The notes: generated by a model not told the origin, from the letters alone. Positions 46,842-59,596 are shown, numbered from the stretch's first letter. The stretch is DNA of 64,000 bases from Patescibacteria group bacterium (GCA_038062115.1 JBBTXS010000012.1:23141-87140); one strand, 5' to 3'. Translations and numbers: made by a program.

Positions 46842-47903
46842 ATTTCATATGCAAGATAGGGATTCCACATTGCGCCAGTTGCAGATTGAACAATATCTGC
46901 CCCCGACTTTTTATACTCAAAATAATCATCTGGGGTTAATACTCCGCCAATTCCTATTATTTGGAATTTATAATTTTTATTTTGTCTAATTTTATTTAAC
47001 ATTTTGACCATTTTAAGCCCAGCCCATCGTATTGCGTATCCACATACACCGCTTTTCAGTCTGTTTGCACCCGGGAGCGCCTGATTTCCATTTTTACCTA
47101 CTATTTCTGCCTGAATTGTGTTTATTGCCGCAATTGCATTAGCATATTCATTGGCAATTTCTGCAAGTTTTTCAAGGTCTTTGTAGGTCTTATAATATCC
47201 AATTTTAAGAATAAGAGGAGTATTGCCAATTGCTTTTCTTACCATTTGACATACTTTTTTGGTTACGTCTTGGTTATAGCAGACTAACCCTTCATTTCCA
47301 ATATTAGGACAAGATAGGTTTGCTTCTAATACTTTTGCTTGAGTCTGTTTGGCAAGCTTGCCTGCTTTTGCAAAATCATCAATAAATTCTTGTTGAGTTT
47401 GGTTCTTTTTAACAGTGCCCATAAAGCTTAGTATCATAAGACTTCCCTTTTTTTGACAAGCTAAGGCTCTTTTTACGTCTTTTTGCCAGAATCTCGAATC
47501 TTTCGATGGAACTCCAAATGAATTAGTTATCGTTAAATTTTTTGAAACTTTTGCACCACTTCTAACTTTTAGACGAGATATTTTTGAAGGGTCAAATTTG
47601 TTAGGAGAATCCAAAAATACAATATTGGGATATGGATGACAGGGAAAAGAGTCTGTCCTAACAGTTTTATATGTGGATACTGCGAATCCAAAATCAAATG
47701 CTTCTTTTATAAATTTAGAATTCAATAAGGGGCCTGCCGGAATACCAAATGGGATATTTATTGGAAATCCTAAAAACTTATAGGAATGATTACTTTTTTT
47801 AAAAATGGGTTTTTTAAGATTCCTACTCCCAAGTGGGCCTTTTTTAAAATTCTCATCGTATGATTCATAAATGTTGTAGAGCAATGCATTCATAGAGGAT
47901 TTA

Positions 47904-49737
<1,834 letters not shown>

Positions 49738-50601
49738 TTACATAATTGTAGTAAAAGTTGCGCTGCTAATATCTAATATTTCGTTTGTTATTCTCTCTTG
49801 CCTGGCTTTATTATACTCAAGCCTAATTTCATTTGTAATTTCAATTGCATTATTCGTTGCATTTTGCATTGACAACATTCGAGCTGCCTGTTCGGATGCA
49901 TAACTTTCCAAAGAAATGTGAAATATTACAGTTTCTAAATAGTGTTGCAAAAGAGGAGACAGCAGTATTTGGGGCGATGGTTCAAAAATAGTAGTCTGAC
50001 TCATAGGTTTTGCTGTTTCTTTAGAAGGAAATTCAATTGGCAATAAATCAGCAATTTCTTGTTGTTGGGAAAACACATTCAAGAATTTAGAATATAAAAT
50101 TTTGACACTTTTAACTTTTTTTCCTTGGAAAAAACTATTAATAATTGTTATAAGAGGGTAAACTTTGTCGAATTGGGGTCGAGTAGTACCGAAGTTAAAC
50201 GAGGCAACAATCTCTTTGTTAAGACTCGAAACATATTTTTCGATTTTTTTACCAACTGTTATATAAATTGTATTTGGGTTTTTGGAATCAAAATTAAAAA
50301 TTTCATCAATTATATTTCCTATTAATCCTCCACAAAGCCCTTTATCTGGAGCAAAAATAATTAGGAGATTGCTCTTTACCTGTTTTGGAGTTTTCATATA
50401 GTCATGATAAAATTTTTCTTCTAATTTGCTTACAATATTTTGTAGTAGTTGCACCAATTTGTCAGCGTAGGGCCTGGATTTTAGCGCTAAATCTTGGCCG
50501 CGTTTTAACTTTGAGGCGGCAATCATTTGCATTGCTTTTGTTGTTTTCGAAACATTTTGAGCTGCTGTTATCCTTCTTTTTAAAGATAAAATGTTTGCCA
50601 T
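49738..50601 (-). CDS. atpG: ATP synthase F1 gamma subunit
   Basis: Conserved gamma N- and C-terminal helices (ITKAMQMIAASKL..., ...ITNEILDI). Confidence 0.9.
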   Translation of the reverse strand: MANILSLKRRITAAQNVSKTTKAMQMIAASKLKRGQDLALKSRPYADKLVQLLQNIVSKLEEKFYHDYMKTPKQVKSNLLIIFAPDKGLCGGLIGNIIDEIFNFDSKNPNTIYITVGKKIEKYVSSLNKEIVASFNFGTTRPQFDKVYPLITIINSFFQGKKVKSVKILYSKFLNVFSQQQEIADLLPIEFPSKETAKPMSQTTIFEPSPQILLSPLLQHYLETVIFHISLESYASEQAARMLSMQNATNNAIEITNEIRLEYNKARQERITNEILDISSATFTTIM

Positions 50602-50611
50602 ATTTATTTTT

Positions 50612-52126
50612 TTAAAAGGTTTTCCTAAATTCTTGGGTTGCTTTTTGGACTTGTTTTAAGGTTGCCTCAGATGGTCTTTCGCCACTAGTTAAATTCTCAA
50701 TGATTTTTGGATGATGTCTTTTTATAAAAGCATGATATTTATTTTCGAATTCTTGAATTTTATCAACTGGAATATCATCCAAAAATCCACTTACCGCAGA
50801 GTTTATGCTCAAAAATTGTAATGGTTCTGCTAATGGCGCAAATCGCGGCTGCTTTAAAATTTCTGTTATTCTTTTTCCTCTTTCTATTTGGGCTGTGGTT
50901 GCTGGATCAAGCTCTCCTCCAAATTGAGCAAAAATAGCAAGTTCTCGATATTGTGCAAGCTCAAGTCTTAGTTTTCCAGATACAGATTTTATCGTGGCAG
51001 TTTGAGCGGCTCCTCCAACTCTTGAAACTGAATTTCCAACATTGACCGCTGGTCTTATCCCTGCATTAAAAAGATCTAATTGTAGATAAATTTGTCCGTC
51101 AGTGATTGAGATAACATTTGTTGGAATATAGGTAGAAATATCATTCGCTTGTGTTTCTATAATAGGTAGGGCAGTAATTGATCCGCCACCGTTTTGACTA
51201 TTTAATTTAACTGCTCGTTCAAGAAGTCTGCTATGCAAATAAAAAATGTCTCCTGGATAAGCTTCGCGACCTGCGGGACGTCGTAATACCAAGGATATTT
51301 GCCTATATGCCCATGCATGCTTGGAAAGATCGTCATAAATTATTAAAACATCTCTTCCTTTTTCCAAAAAATATTCTGCAACAGCGCATCCTGCATAAGG
51401 GGCAAGATACTGTAGGGAAACAGGACTAGATGCGCCCGCGTTTACAACCATAGAGTAGTCAAGAGAGTTTGTTTGAGACAGTTTATCTATAACCTGAGCA
51501 ACAGTACTTTGTTTTTGACCTATTGCTACATAAATGCAAATAACCGGTTTCTTATCTTTGGTCGTTGATTTTTGGTTGATGATTGTATCGATTGCTATAG
51601 AAGTTTTTCCTGTTTGGCGGTCCCCAATTATAAGTTCGCGTTGGCCCCGTCCTATTGGAATCATTGTGTCGATAGCTTTTATTCCAGTTTTAAGAGGCGT
51701 GTTAACCGATTCTCGTTCAACAACACCTGGTGCTATCCGTTCAAGAGGCATACTTTTACCGTTCTTGATTTTTGGTTTTCCATCCAATGGTTCTCCAAGC
51801 GGATTTATTACCCTTCCCAAAAGTGCGTCTGATGCATCAATACTTAGTATTGTTCCACTCGTTTTAACTTCGTTTCCTTCTTTTATGGTTTCTCCTTTTC
51901 CAAGAAGTATTATGGAGACATAGTCTTCCTCTAGATTTAATACAACTCCAGTCGTACCTTCTTCAAAGTGTACTATTTCTCCGATTCTAGCCTGTGATAA
52001 CCCAGAAGCAACTATTACACCGTCTGTATTTTTAATCACCCTACCAATATTTTTAACCCTTAGGTCCTCCCCAAATGTCATTAATCTTTCTTCCAATTTC
52101 TTTATAATATTCTCGTTATCAATCAT
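50612..52126 (-). CDS. atpA: ATP synthase F1 alpha subunit
   Basis: Walker A GDRQTGKTSIA and the alpha signature region. Confidence 0.95.
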   Translation of the reverse strand: MIDNENIIKKLEERLMTFGEDLRVKNIGRVIKNTDGVIVASGLSQARIGEIVHFEEGTTGVVLNLEEDYVSIILLGKGETIKEGNEVKTSGTILSIDASDALLGRVINPLGEPLDGKPKIKNGKSMPLERIAPGVVERESVNTPLKTGIKAIDTMIPIGRGQRELIIGDRQTGKTSIAIDTIINQKSTTKDKKPVICIYVAIGQKQSTVAQVIDKLSQTNSLDYSMVVNAGASSPVSLQYLAPYAGCAVAEYFLEKGRDVLIIYDDLSKHAWAYRQISLVLRRPAGREAYPGDIFYLHSRLLERAVKLNSQNGGGSITALPIIETQANDISTYIPTNVISITDGQIYLQLDLFNAGIRPAVNVGNSVSRVGGAAQTATIKSVSGKLRLELAQYRELAIFAQFGGELDPATTAQIERGKRITEILKQPRFAPLAEPLQFLSINSAVSGFLDDIPVDKIQEFENKYHAFIKRHHPKIIENLTSGERPSEATLKQVQKATQEFRKTF

Positions 52127-52150
52127 AACGTTTTGTAATATATGAGATTA

Positions 52151-52260
52151 TGACTGGGACATAAATACTCATTTGTCATTCCGAGCGAGTGTAGCGAGTC
52201 GAGGAATCTCTTTGAAGGAGATTTCTCGGCAAGCTCGAAATGACAATTATGACCCAGTCA
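52151..52260. repeat. Family A palindromic element (near-identical to 42858..42965), between atpA and atpH
   Basis: Same core with one mismatch, extended terminal repeat tgactggg.../...cccagtca, and a flanking direct repeat atatgagatta. Confidence 0.85.
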
Positions 52261-52591
52261 CATATGAGATTATATCATCTAGCCTACTTTTTAGATTGAA
52301 TTCGTAAACATTGTCGTTATCTACGATTTTTACCCCTAACATTAAAGATGGATCAATTTTGTAAACTATTTTTTTATTAGGAAATAATTTTTCAAATCCT
52401 ATGTTACTGTATGCCTTAAAAGGTGTAGTAACTATAATGTTTTTTTTATCTTCGTAATTTTTAAGCGCATCAATATACTGTTTAAGTTCGAATCTTGTAA
52501 AACAGTTTACAATGGCATATACTTTGTTGCTGTCTAAAATATCATTTTTATAACTTTCTGCCACCAAATTTTTTAGTTTGTTTCTGGTCAT
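52247..52591 (-). CDS. atpH: ATP synthase F1 delta subunit (OSCP), short form
   Basis: Operon position between atpF and atpA, and a C-terminus (DPSLMLGVKIVDNDNVYEFNLKSRL) that resembles delta. Confidence 0.6.
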   Translation of the reverse strand: MTRNKLKNLVAESYKNDILDSNKVYAIVNCFTRFELKQYIDALKNYEDKKNIIVTTPFKAYSNIGFEKLFPNKKIVYKIDPSLMLGVKIVDNDNVYEFNLKSRLDDIISYVTGS

Positions 52592-52597
52592 AAAGTT

Positions 52598-53101
52598 TTA
52601 AACTAATATTTTTATCTTTTTTAAGGCCTTTTCCACAACTTCTTTTTGATCTCTTTCCGAAAATAACTGTTCAACAGATTTTTGTAAAAATTTTATTGCC
52701 AAACTACTAACATTTTCCATTAATCTTTTTTCGGTCTCACTTCTCTCTTTTTCTATTTGTAGTCTTACTTCTTTTAGAATCTTTTCGGATTGCTTTTTAG
52801 CGTTTTCCTGTATTTCTTTTGAGGCTTCTATAGATTGAAGAGTTGCATCCTCGACAATTTTTTTTGCCTGAATTTGGGCATTTCGTAGAATATTTTTTTC
52901 TTCTTGCAATACTTTCTCCATCCGCTTTTGAGCTTCTTCCGCGGTTTTTAACCCCTCTATTATAGTATCTTTTCTCTTTTGCAAAAGTTGAGTAATGGGT
53001 TTGTACAATAACTTACGAAGAATAAATAAAACTATTAAAAAATTAACAACCTGAGCACCTAATAGTATAGGGTTAATTCCAAAATTTTTGATAAGTTCCA
53101 T
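52598..53101 (-). CDS. atpF: ATP synthase F0 subunit b
   Basis: N-terminal TM helix then a long charged helix, in operon context. Confidence 0.8.
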   Translation of the reverse strand: MELIKNFGINPILLGAQVVNFLIVLFILRKLLYKPITQLLQKRKDTIIEGLKTAEEAQKRMEKVLQEEKNILRNAQIQAKKIVEDATLQSIEASKEIQENAKKQSEKILKEVRLQIEKERSETEKRLMENVSSLAIKFLQKSVEQLFSERDQKEVVEKALKKIKILV

Positions 53102-53106
53102 AATAC

Positions 53107-53313
53107 TTATTTGGTAAATGCTAAAATTAAGGAATAAATTGCGATAGCCTCAGCAAATGCCATTGCAAGAAGCATGGCTGGCAGGATTCTTCCCGAAGCT
53201 TCTGGATTTCTCCCAAGTGCTTCCATTGCCTTGCTTCCAATAAGGCCAATTGCTAAAGCTGGTAATGCTCCGCCCAAGGCAATAATCAGTCCTCCTGAAA
53301 TGCTAAAACTCAT
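53107..53313 (-). CDS. atpE: ATP synthase F0 subunit c
   Basis: 68-aa hairpin proteolipid with a loop RNPE... and a conserved acidic residue in helix 2 (AFAEAIAIY). Confidence 0.9.
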   Translation of the reverse strand: MSFSISGGLIIALGGALPALAIGLIGSKAMEALGRNPEASGRILPAMLLAMAFAEAIAIYSLILAFTK

Positions 53314-54044
53314 GTTGTCGTCACCTCCTTTGGCTTGTGGTGTGTAGTTAATATAGCCATAAAAGCCATTGTTAGCATTGCAAAAACAAGTGCTTGTACC
53401 ATACCTATTATAATCTCAAGCAATAAGAAAGGGGTAGGAAAAATAAAAGCAAAAATCGAAGATACAGTTAGAAGAACTACTTCGCCAGCAAAAATATTGC
53501 CAAAGAGACGGAAAGACAAAGAAATTACTTTGGTTATCTCCGAAATTACTTCTAATATTCCTATAAAAAGATTTATTGGGTTTAGAGACAAGTATCGACT
53601 TAAATAGTCCCCAAAGCCAACTACTCTAATACTTAATATGTGAGTAGCAACTGACGATACAATTGCGAGTGCAAGAGTTAGATTTAAATCGCTTGTTGCG
53701 CTTCTTAAAAGCGGAATAAGCTTTTCGTCTCTAAATAACCCTATTGTGCCAACCCCAGGAATTAACCCGCTCCAATTCGCAACGAGAATAAAAAGAAAAA
53801 AAGTCATAACATAAGGAAAAATTAGTGATGCTCGATTTTGAGCAACAGATTCTATTAAACTATAGAATATTTCTATTATATATTCACTCACGTTTTGGAA
53901 AAAGTTGGGAATAGCGGACAATTTTTTTGTTATAAATACAGAACTTCCTATTAGAATTATATCGACCAATAATGTACCTAATAAAGTGTTTGTGATGCTA
54001 ATTGATCCTAAGCTAAAAATTGATTCAGGTGTAAACGAAACCAT
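53310..54044 (-). CDS. atpB: ATP synthase F0 subunit a
   Basis: Multi-TM protein with a conserved Arg in the penultimate helix (SLSFRLFGNIFAGE). Confidence 0.85.
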   Translation of the reverse strand: MVSFTPESIFSLGSISITNTLLGTLLVDIILIGSSVFITKKLSAIPNFFQNVSEYIIEIFYSLIESVAQNRASLIFPYVMTFFLFILVANWSGLIPGVGTIGLFRDEKLIPLLRSATSDLNLTLALAIVSSVATHILSIRVVGFGDYLSRYLSLNPINLFIGILEVISEITKVISLSFRLFGNIFAGEVVLLTVSSIFAFIFPTPFLLLEIIIGMVQALVFAMLTMAFMAILTTHHKPKEVTTT

Positions 54045-54094
54045 AGAATTACCTTTTATTCTTAATCTAAGTGTAGACTTAATTATATATTAAG

Positions 54095-57000
54095 TCAAGA
54101 CGAAAAATGATTTTTTGTAGATATTTTTTCTGCAATAACGGTTGGCTTGTCATTCTTTGTATCAAGCTTTCCTTCTATAATTACAACAGAATCTTTTATT
54201 AATAAATTTTTGTGTCGTTCATAAATTCTTGGAAAAATAACACATTCTACAGATAGTCCTTTTTCGTCGCCAACTGTTGAAAATGCCATTTCGTTCCCGC
54301 TTTTAGTAAATATTCTTTTAGTTGTTTCTATAATTCCGCCTATTTTAACTCTTGTGCCTTCTTTTTCTTCTGTCAAAAGATCAATCTCATGGGAAATTAC
54401 TGATTTTAAAGATAATAAGTTATCAAGTTGTGGATGGGATGTTAAATAAAGTCCTAAAAATTCTTTCTCAAAAGCTAGTTTTTCATTGGACGAAAAATCA
54501 TCTACATTTGAAACAGTTCTTTTAAGATTATCCATGCCTAAACTATCGCCAAAAAGGCTAGATTGTCCAACCTGAGCCTGTTTTCGTTTTCTATGAGCAT
54601 TCTCGGCAATCTCTGGATACGAGATTAAAAGATTTGCTCTGTTTCCAAAAGAATCCATAGCACCTGCTTTTATAAGACTCTCAACTGTTTTTTTATTCAC
54701 TGGACCAGGGTCAACTCGATCATAAAAATCTACAAGACTTTTAAACAAACCAGTTCTTCGTGCGGTAAGAATGCTATTTATGGCTGCTTCTCCAACATTT
54801 TTTATAGCAGAAAGCCCAAACCGAATGTTTTTTTTATCCTCAATAGTAAAATCGCTAGCAGATTTATTAACGTCTGGAGACAAAACTGTAAGTTTTAATC
54901 TTTTACACTCTGCAACAGCTTGAGCGATTTTTTCGTTTTTTGTTGGACCAGTAGTGCCCCGAGACTCTGCGGTTAATAAGGCAGTCATAAATTCTACTGG
55001 AAAATGCGCCTTAAGATACGCAGTTCTAAAAGCAATGGTTGCGTAACCCGCAGCATGTGCCTTATTAAAACCGTATCCCGCAAACGGCTCAAATAAATTC
55101 CATAAATTTTGAGCATTATCCTTTTTCATTCCGCCTGCTACGCATCCTTGTACAAACTTGTCATGTTGTTTTTTCATCTCTGATGGGATTTTTTTACCAA
55201 TCGCTTTTCTTAGTTTGTCTGTCTCAAGCCAAGAGTATCCTGCTACTTTTATTGCAGTCAACAAAACATCATCTTGGAAAGTAATAACGCCATATGATTC
55301 TTTTAATATCTCTTTAAGTCGAGGATCAGGATATTTGATGTGAGATGCACTATGCTTACGTTTAACAAACTCTGGAATATTTGCCATAGGTCCTGGTCTA
55401 TACAAAGCAACCATGGCCTGAAGATCAAATATAGAGGTTGGCTTTAATTCTTTTATATATCTTCTCATTCCAGAAGATTCCAACTGGAATATTCCAGTAG
55501 TTTCTCCCGAAGAAAGCAACTCAAATGTCTTTTTGTCATCAAAAGATGCCTGAGACAAATCAATATTTATTACTTGGTTTTCTTTAATGAATCGTAAAGC
55601 TTCTTCTATGATTGCTAAATTTCTAAGCCCCAAGAGATCAATCTTTAAAAGTCCCACGCCATCTTCTCCAACAGTGTACATGTCGTACTGAGTAACTATT
55701 TTCTCTCCGTTAGTTTCTCGTTGTAGAGGAGTGTATTCAGTAAGAGGCCTATCTGCAATTACAACTCCAGCAGCATGCATAGATGCATGTCTGACAACAC
55801 CTTCCAATCTTGTCGCAAGATCCAATAGTTTTTTGGCGTCTGGTTCTGTAGCATAGACAGTTTTGAGATCAGTACTCTGTTCAAGAGCTTTTTCTATGGT
55901 CATTGCATGGCCTTGCCAACCAGGAGGAATCATCTTTGCTATTCTATCGCAAACTGCATATGGCATGCCAAGCGCCCGGCCAGTATCTCTTACAGAACCC
56001 CTTGCTTCCATTGTTCCAAATGTAATAATCTGAGCAACTTTATCCCGACCGTATTTTTGAGTTACATATTCTATAACTTCATCTCGTCTGTTATCGGCAA
56101 AATCAAGATCAATATCTGGAGGAGAAGGCCGCATTGGATTAAGAAACCTTTCAAATGGAAGCTTAAAAAACAAAGGATCTATATCCGAAATGCCTAAGGC
56201 ATAAGACACTATAGAGCCAGCATTAGATCCTCGGCCTGGACCAACCGTAATCCCATGGTTTTTTGCCCAATTGACAAAATCTGCAACAATAAGAATATAC
56301 GTTTCGTAGCCTTTCTTTAAAATGATAGACAGCTCATATTCAGCTCGCTCTCTTATTTCACGAGTTATTTCTTTGTATCTATTCTTTAGCCCTTCTTCTA
56401 CTTTATTTTTCATGAATTCTTGTGGCGTTTTATTGTTTGGTACATCAAAAATAGGCATAATCCACTTGCCAAGAGATATTTCTACGTTACACATATCTGC
56501 AATTCTAGAAGTGTTTTCTAGGGCTGTTTGTGTTTGAATAAAGAGACCCTTCATTTCTTCTTGAGACTTCATATAGAAATCAGGAGAAGAGATCATAGAA
56601 AGCTTACGGTTTGGCGTATTTAAGGCTGTTTGTGTTTGAATACAAAGCAAGATTTCTTGTGCTTCTGCATCTGTATTATAAATATAATGATTATCGTTAG
56701 TTGCAACCAAAGGTAAACCCATTTTTTTGGAAAGAGCAATTAATTTTTCGTTTAGAATATCTTGATCCTCAACGTTTATGTGTTTTTGGAGTTCTAAATA
56801 AAAGTTGCCTTCTCCAAATATTTTATATAAAACCTCTGCTCTTTTTACCGCTGTTTCTTCTTGGTTTTGTATCAGTGGATCAGAGATATACCCATTGACG
56901 CATGCGCTTAAACATATTAAGCCGTTGCTAAATTGCCGAAGAAGTTCAATATCGGTTCTTGGTCTGTAATAATATCCCTCTAAGTTTGCAATAGAAATTA

Positions 57001-57313
57001 TTTTAATAAGATTTTTGTATCCTGTATTATTTTTTGCCAAAAGTATTAGATGGTTTGAGTCGTTGTCAACTCCCGCCTCTTTATCGTGTCTTGATCTTTT
57101 GGATATGTAGATTTCGCATCCAATAATTGGTTTAATACCTAAAGCTTGGCATGTTTTATAAAAGGTAATCGTTCCGTACATATTTCCATGATCTGTAATC
57201 GCTAACGCTTTCATATTAAGTTCTTTGGCACGCTTGACCATTTCTGGGATTTTTGAAAGCCCATCTAAAAGAGAATATTCACTATGATTATGAAGGTGAA
57301 CAAAATTTGCCAT
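54095..57313 (-). CDS. dnaE: DNA polymerase III alpha subunit
   Basis: PHP domain (FVHLHNHSEYSLLDG), polymerase core, and an OB domain; 1072 aa. Confidence 0.95.
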   Translation of the reverse strand: MANFVHLHNHSEYSLLDGLSKIPEMVKRAKELNMKALAITDHGNMYGTITFYKTCQALGIKPIIGCEIYISKRSRHDKEAGVDNDSNHLILLAKNNTGYKNLIKIISIANLEGYYYRPRTDIELLRQFSNGLICLSACVNGYISDPLIQNQEETAVKRAEVLYKIFGEGNFYLELQKHINVEDQDILNEKLIALSKKMGLPLVATNDNHYIYNTDAEAQEILLCIQTQTALNTPNRKLSMISSPDFYMKSQEEMKGLFIQTQTALENTSRIADMCNVEISLGKWIMPIFDVPNNKTPQEFMKNKVEEGLKNRYKEITREIRERAEYELSIILKKGYETYILIVADFVNWAKNHGITVGPGRGSNAGSIVSYALGISDIDPLFFKLPFERFLNPMRPSPPDIDLDFADNRRDEVIEYVTQKYGRDKVAQIITFGTMEARGSVRDTGRALGMPYAVCDRIAKMIPPGWQGHAMTIEKALEQSTDLKTVYATEPDAKKLLDLATRLEGVVRHASMHAAGVVIADRPLTEYTPLQRETNGEKIVTQYDMYTVGEDGVGLLKIDLLGLRNLAIIEEALRFIKENQVINIDLSQASFDDKKTFELLSSGETTGIFQLESSGMRRYIKELKPTSIFDLQAMVALYRPGPMANIPEFVKRKHSASHIKYPDPRLKEILKESYGVITFQDDVLLTAIKVAGYSWLETDKLRKAIGKKIPSEMKKQHDKFVQGCVAGGMKKDNAQNLWNLFEPFAGYGFNKAHAAGYATIAFRTAYLKAHFPVEFMTALLTAESRGTTGPTKNEKIAQAVAECKRLKLTVLSPDVNKSASDFTIEDKKNIRFGLSAIKNVGEAAINSILTARRTGLFKSLVDFYDRVDPGPVNKKTVESLIKAGAMDSFGNRANLLISYPEIAENAHRKRKQAQVGQSSLFGDSLGMDNLKRTVSNVDDFSSNEKLAFEKEFLGLYLTSHPQLDNLLSLKSVISHEIDLLTEEKEGTRVKIGGIIETTKRIFTKSGNEMAFSTVGDEKGLSVECVIFPRIYERHKNLLIKDSVVIIEGKLDTKNDKPTVIAEKISTKNHFSS

Positions 57314-57322
57314 AGCTCAATA

Positions 57323-57412
57323 TGTCATTGCGAGCGAACTTTAGTTCGCGCGGCAATCTCTTTTGATGGGGATTGCTTCGTCTCAGGCTTCGCCTGATCC
57401 TCGCAATGACAC
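57323..57412. repeat. Family A palindromic element between dnaE and gatB
   Basis: tgtcattgcgag...ctcgcaatgacac with internal palindromes gcgaactttagttcgc, gcaatc...gattgc and tcaggcttcgcctga. Confidence 0.8.
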
Positions 57413-58857
57413 TATAATAATTGCTTTTTAATCTCTCTTTTTACTATATTAGGATCTATACTTTTTAAAATTTTTCTTAATACCATTCCTACCAAAAACA
57501 TAATCACATTTGCTTTACCTTTTTTATAATCGCTTATTGCTCTTGGATTGTCAAGAATTACTTGTTTTACTGTTTTTTCAAGGTACTTCTGATCAACAGT
57601 CGTTTTTTGCGTTGACGTAATAATACTTCGAACTAACTGCGCTGGCATTGTTTTTTCTAAATCTACTTTTTTATTGATAATCCAGTTAGCAATAACCTTT
57701 GTATTTATAGATTCCTGATTCTTAATTCTTAATTCACGATTCACTTTTACCGCTTCTTCGAAATATTCTGCAATCCCTCTATCTTTTGTTAATATTTCAC
57801 TGTCGTAATCTGACAAACCATAAATTTTTGTGAATCGTTGAAACTTTTGATCGGGTAGTTCTGTCATTTGAAATTTGAAATTTGAAATTTGTAATTCCAC
57901 CCACCGAATGGGTGGTATATCTGGCTCTGGGAAGTATCTATAATCCATTGTTTCTTCTTTTACTCTTTGAGACACTGTAATTTGTTTTTTGCTATCCCAA
58001 CCCCTTGTTTCTTGGATTGGAGTTTTTCCTGATTCTAAAATCTTTTTCTGCCTTTCTATCTCGTAATTTATTGCCTTTTCGACAAAACGGAAAGAATTAA
58101 TATTTTTTACTTCGACTTTATAGGTAGGCAACCTCTCACTGTCATTGCGAGCGAAGCGAAGCAATCCCTCTACTTTTGAGATTGCTTCGTCGCCGCGTCT
58201 GACGCGGCTTCCTCGCAATGACATTTCAGATAGTGAAATGTTAGGCTCCAACCGCATCTGCCCTCTCTCCATGTCTGCGTCTGACACGTCTAAGTATCTA
58301 ACGATTTGCTGGAGTTTTTTTAGATATTCAACGACCTCTGTTGCAGATTCAAAATCAGGTTCAGTAACTATTTCAACAAGCGGAACTCCTGATCGATTAA
58401 AATCTATCAGCGTTACTTTTTCCCCTTTTACAATAGAATGAATTAGCTTACCAGTATCTTCCTCCATGTGAACCCGACGTATCCGAATTATTTTTTTACC
58501 CTCACCTCGAAGGTGTTTATCCGTTTCACCTTCCAGGTGTACATATCCACCGACTGCAAATGGTTGATCGTATTGTGAAATCTGGTATCCCTTAGGAAGG
58601 TCTGGGTAAAAATAATTTTTCCGATCAAACTTTGAAAATAGAGGAATCTTGCAATTTAATGCAAGCCCAATCATCACACACCACTCAATTGCTTTTTTGT
58701 TTGGAACTGGTAGGGCTCCAGGGAGCCCTAAGCAGACTGGACAAACGTGAGTATTTGGGTCTTTACCAAAATAATCCACAGAACAGCCACAAAACATTTT
58801 AGATTTTGTTTTTAACTCAACATGAACCTCAAGACCTATGACTGGTTTGTACCCCAT
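57412..58857 (-). CDS. gatB: Asp/Glu-tRNA(Asn/Gln) amidotransferase subunit B, with an in-frame palindromic-element insertion
   Basis: MGYKPVIGLEVHVEL..., a zinc-binding CGCS, and KNINSF. An extra ~28 aa (EMSLRGSRVRRGDEAISKVEGLLRFARNDSE) sits in the loop before KVEVKNINSF. Confidence 0.9.
   Translation of the reverse strand: MGYKPVIGLEVHVELKTKSKMFCGCSVDYFGKDPNTHVCPVCLGLPGALPVPNKKAIEWCVMIGLALNCKIPLFSKFDRKNYFYPDLPKGYQISQYDQPFAVGGYVHLEGETDKHLRGEGKKIIRIRRVHMEEDTGKLIHSIVKGEKVTLIDFNRSGVPLVEIVTEPDFESATEVVEYLKKLQQIVRYLDVSDADMERGQMRLEPNISLSEMSLRGSRVRRGDEAISKVEGLLRFARNDSERLPTYKVEVKNINSFRFVEKAINYEIERQKKILESGKTPIQETRGWDSKKQITVSQRVKEETMDYRYFPEPDIPPIRWVELQISNFKFQMTELPDQKFQRFTKIYGLSDYDSEILTKDRGIAEYFEEAVKVNRELRIKNQESINTKVIANWIINKKVDLEKTMPAQLVRSIITSTQKTTVDQKYLEKTVKQVILDNPRAISDYKKGKANVIMFLVGMVLRKILKSIDPNIVKREIKKQLL
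58140..58224. repeat. Family A palindromic element inserted in frame within gatB
   Basis: tgtcattgcgagcgaagcgaagcaatc...gattgcttcg...ctcgcaatgacat. The reading frame stays open through the element. Confidence 0.8.
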
Positions 58858-59596
58858 TACTTCTCCTTTCCTTAACAAAATTTTGAACTTCTTGATAACT
58901 TTTCTGCCATGGCCAATAAAGCGAACCTGATAGACCATATACAGGAATACAAAAGTTAGGTCGATCTCTATTTATTGATGTCATTTCCGAAACAACAATA
59001 TCTACCGTTTCTTGTACAGTCGTACTTTTAAGATCAACACATTCTGAGAAACGGATAGAACTTAGTATTTGATCAAGTACAACAATGCCTTTAAATAATT
59101 GTGGACCTACTCTATTTTTTGCTAATTCTTCTACGGGGTTTCTTTTAGCATAAGGCTTATTTTCAACAAGAATAACACACAGATTCTCTCGGGGGATCAC
59201 GATCCTATTGAAGTTATACTTAAGATCATGCGTCGCGCTCAAAATAGCAGTTTCAAAAGATTTCTCCAACGTTACATCTGTATTAGAAAGGGATATACTA
59301 GTCTTATTTACGGGATCTACCCAGTTTCTGCTAAAAAGTATCCCTTTTTTTCTTGCAAAACTCTCAGCCACTAATCCATGGAGAAGAATTCCCCGTAGTC
59401 TATCTACTGGTAAATTTGTGAGGCCATTATTGTTATGAATATCCCCTAAGCGGATAAAGCCATGCTTAAATAACAACGGCTCAGTGTGGATGTCTACAAC
59501 TTTATTTATTGCTGCTTCTTGTGCCATTTCAATAAAGCTGGATGAATGTTCAGGACTTACTTCGACATTCATAGTATAGGTTTTTGTTTGTGCCAC
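58829..59596 (-). CDS. Hypothetical protein located between gatA and gatB
   Basis: Intact 255-aa ORF within the gat cluster. It has a weak GDIH motif but no complete metallophosphoesterase signature. Confidence 0.35.
   Translation of the reverse strand: MAQTKTYTMNVEVSPEHSSSFIEMAQEAAINKVVDIHTEPLLFKHGFIRLGDIHNNNGLTNLPVDRLRGILLHGLVAESFARKKGILFSRNWVDPVNKTSISLSNTDVTLEKSFETAILSATHDLKYNFNRIVIPRENLCVILVENKPYAKRNPVEELAKNRVGPQLFKGIVVLDQILSSIRFSECVDLKSTTVQETVDIVVSEMTSINRDRPNFCIPVYGLSGSLYWPWQKSYQEVQNFVKERRSNGVQTSHRS

Noticed and set aside
52247-52591. The 114-aa ORF between atpF and atpA as something other than atpH
   Set aside because: It is much shorter than canonical delta subunits, but its operon position and a C-terminal resemblance make a short atpH the most economical call.
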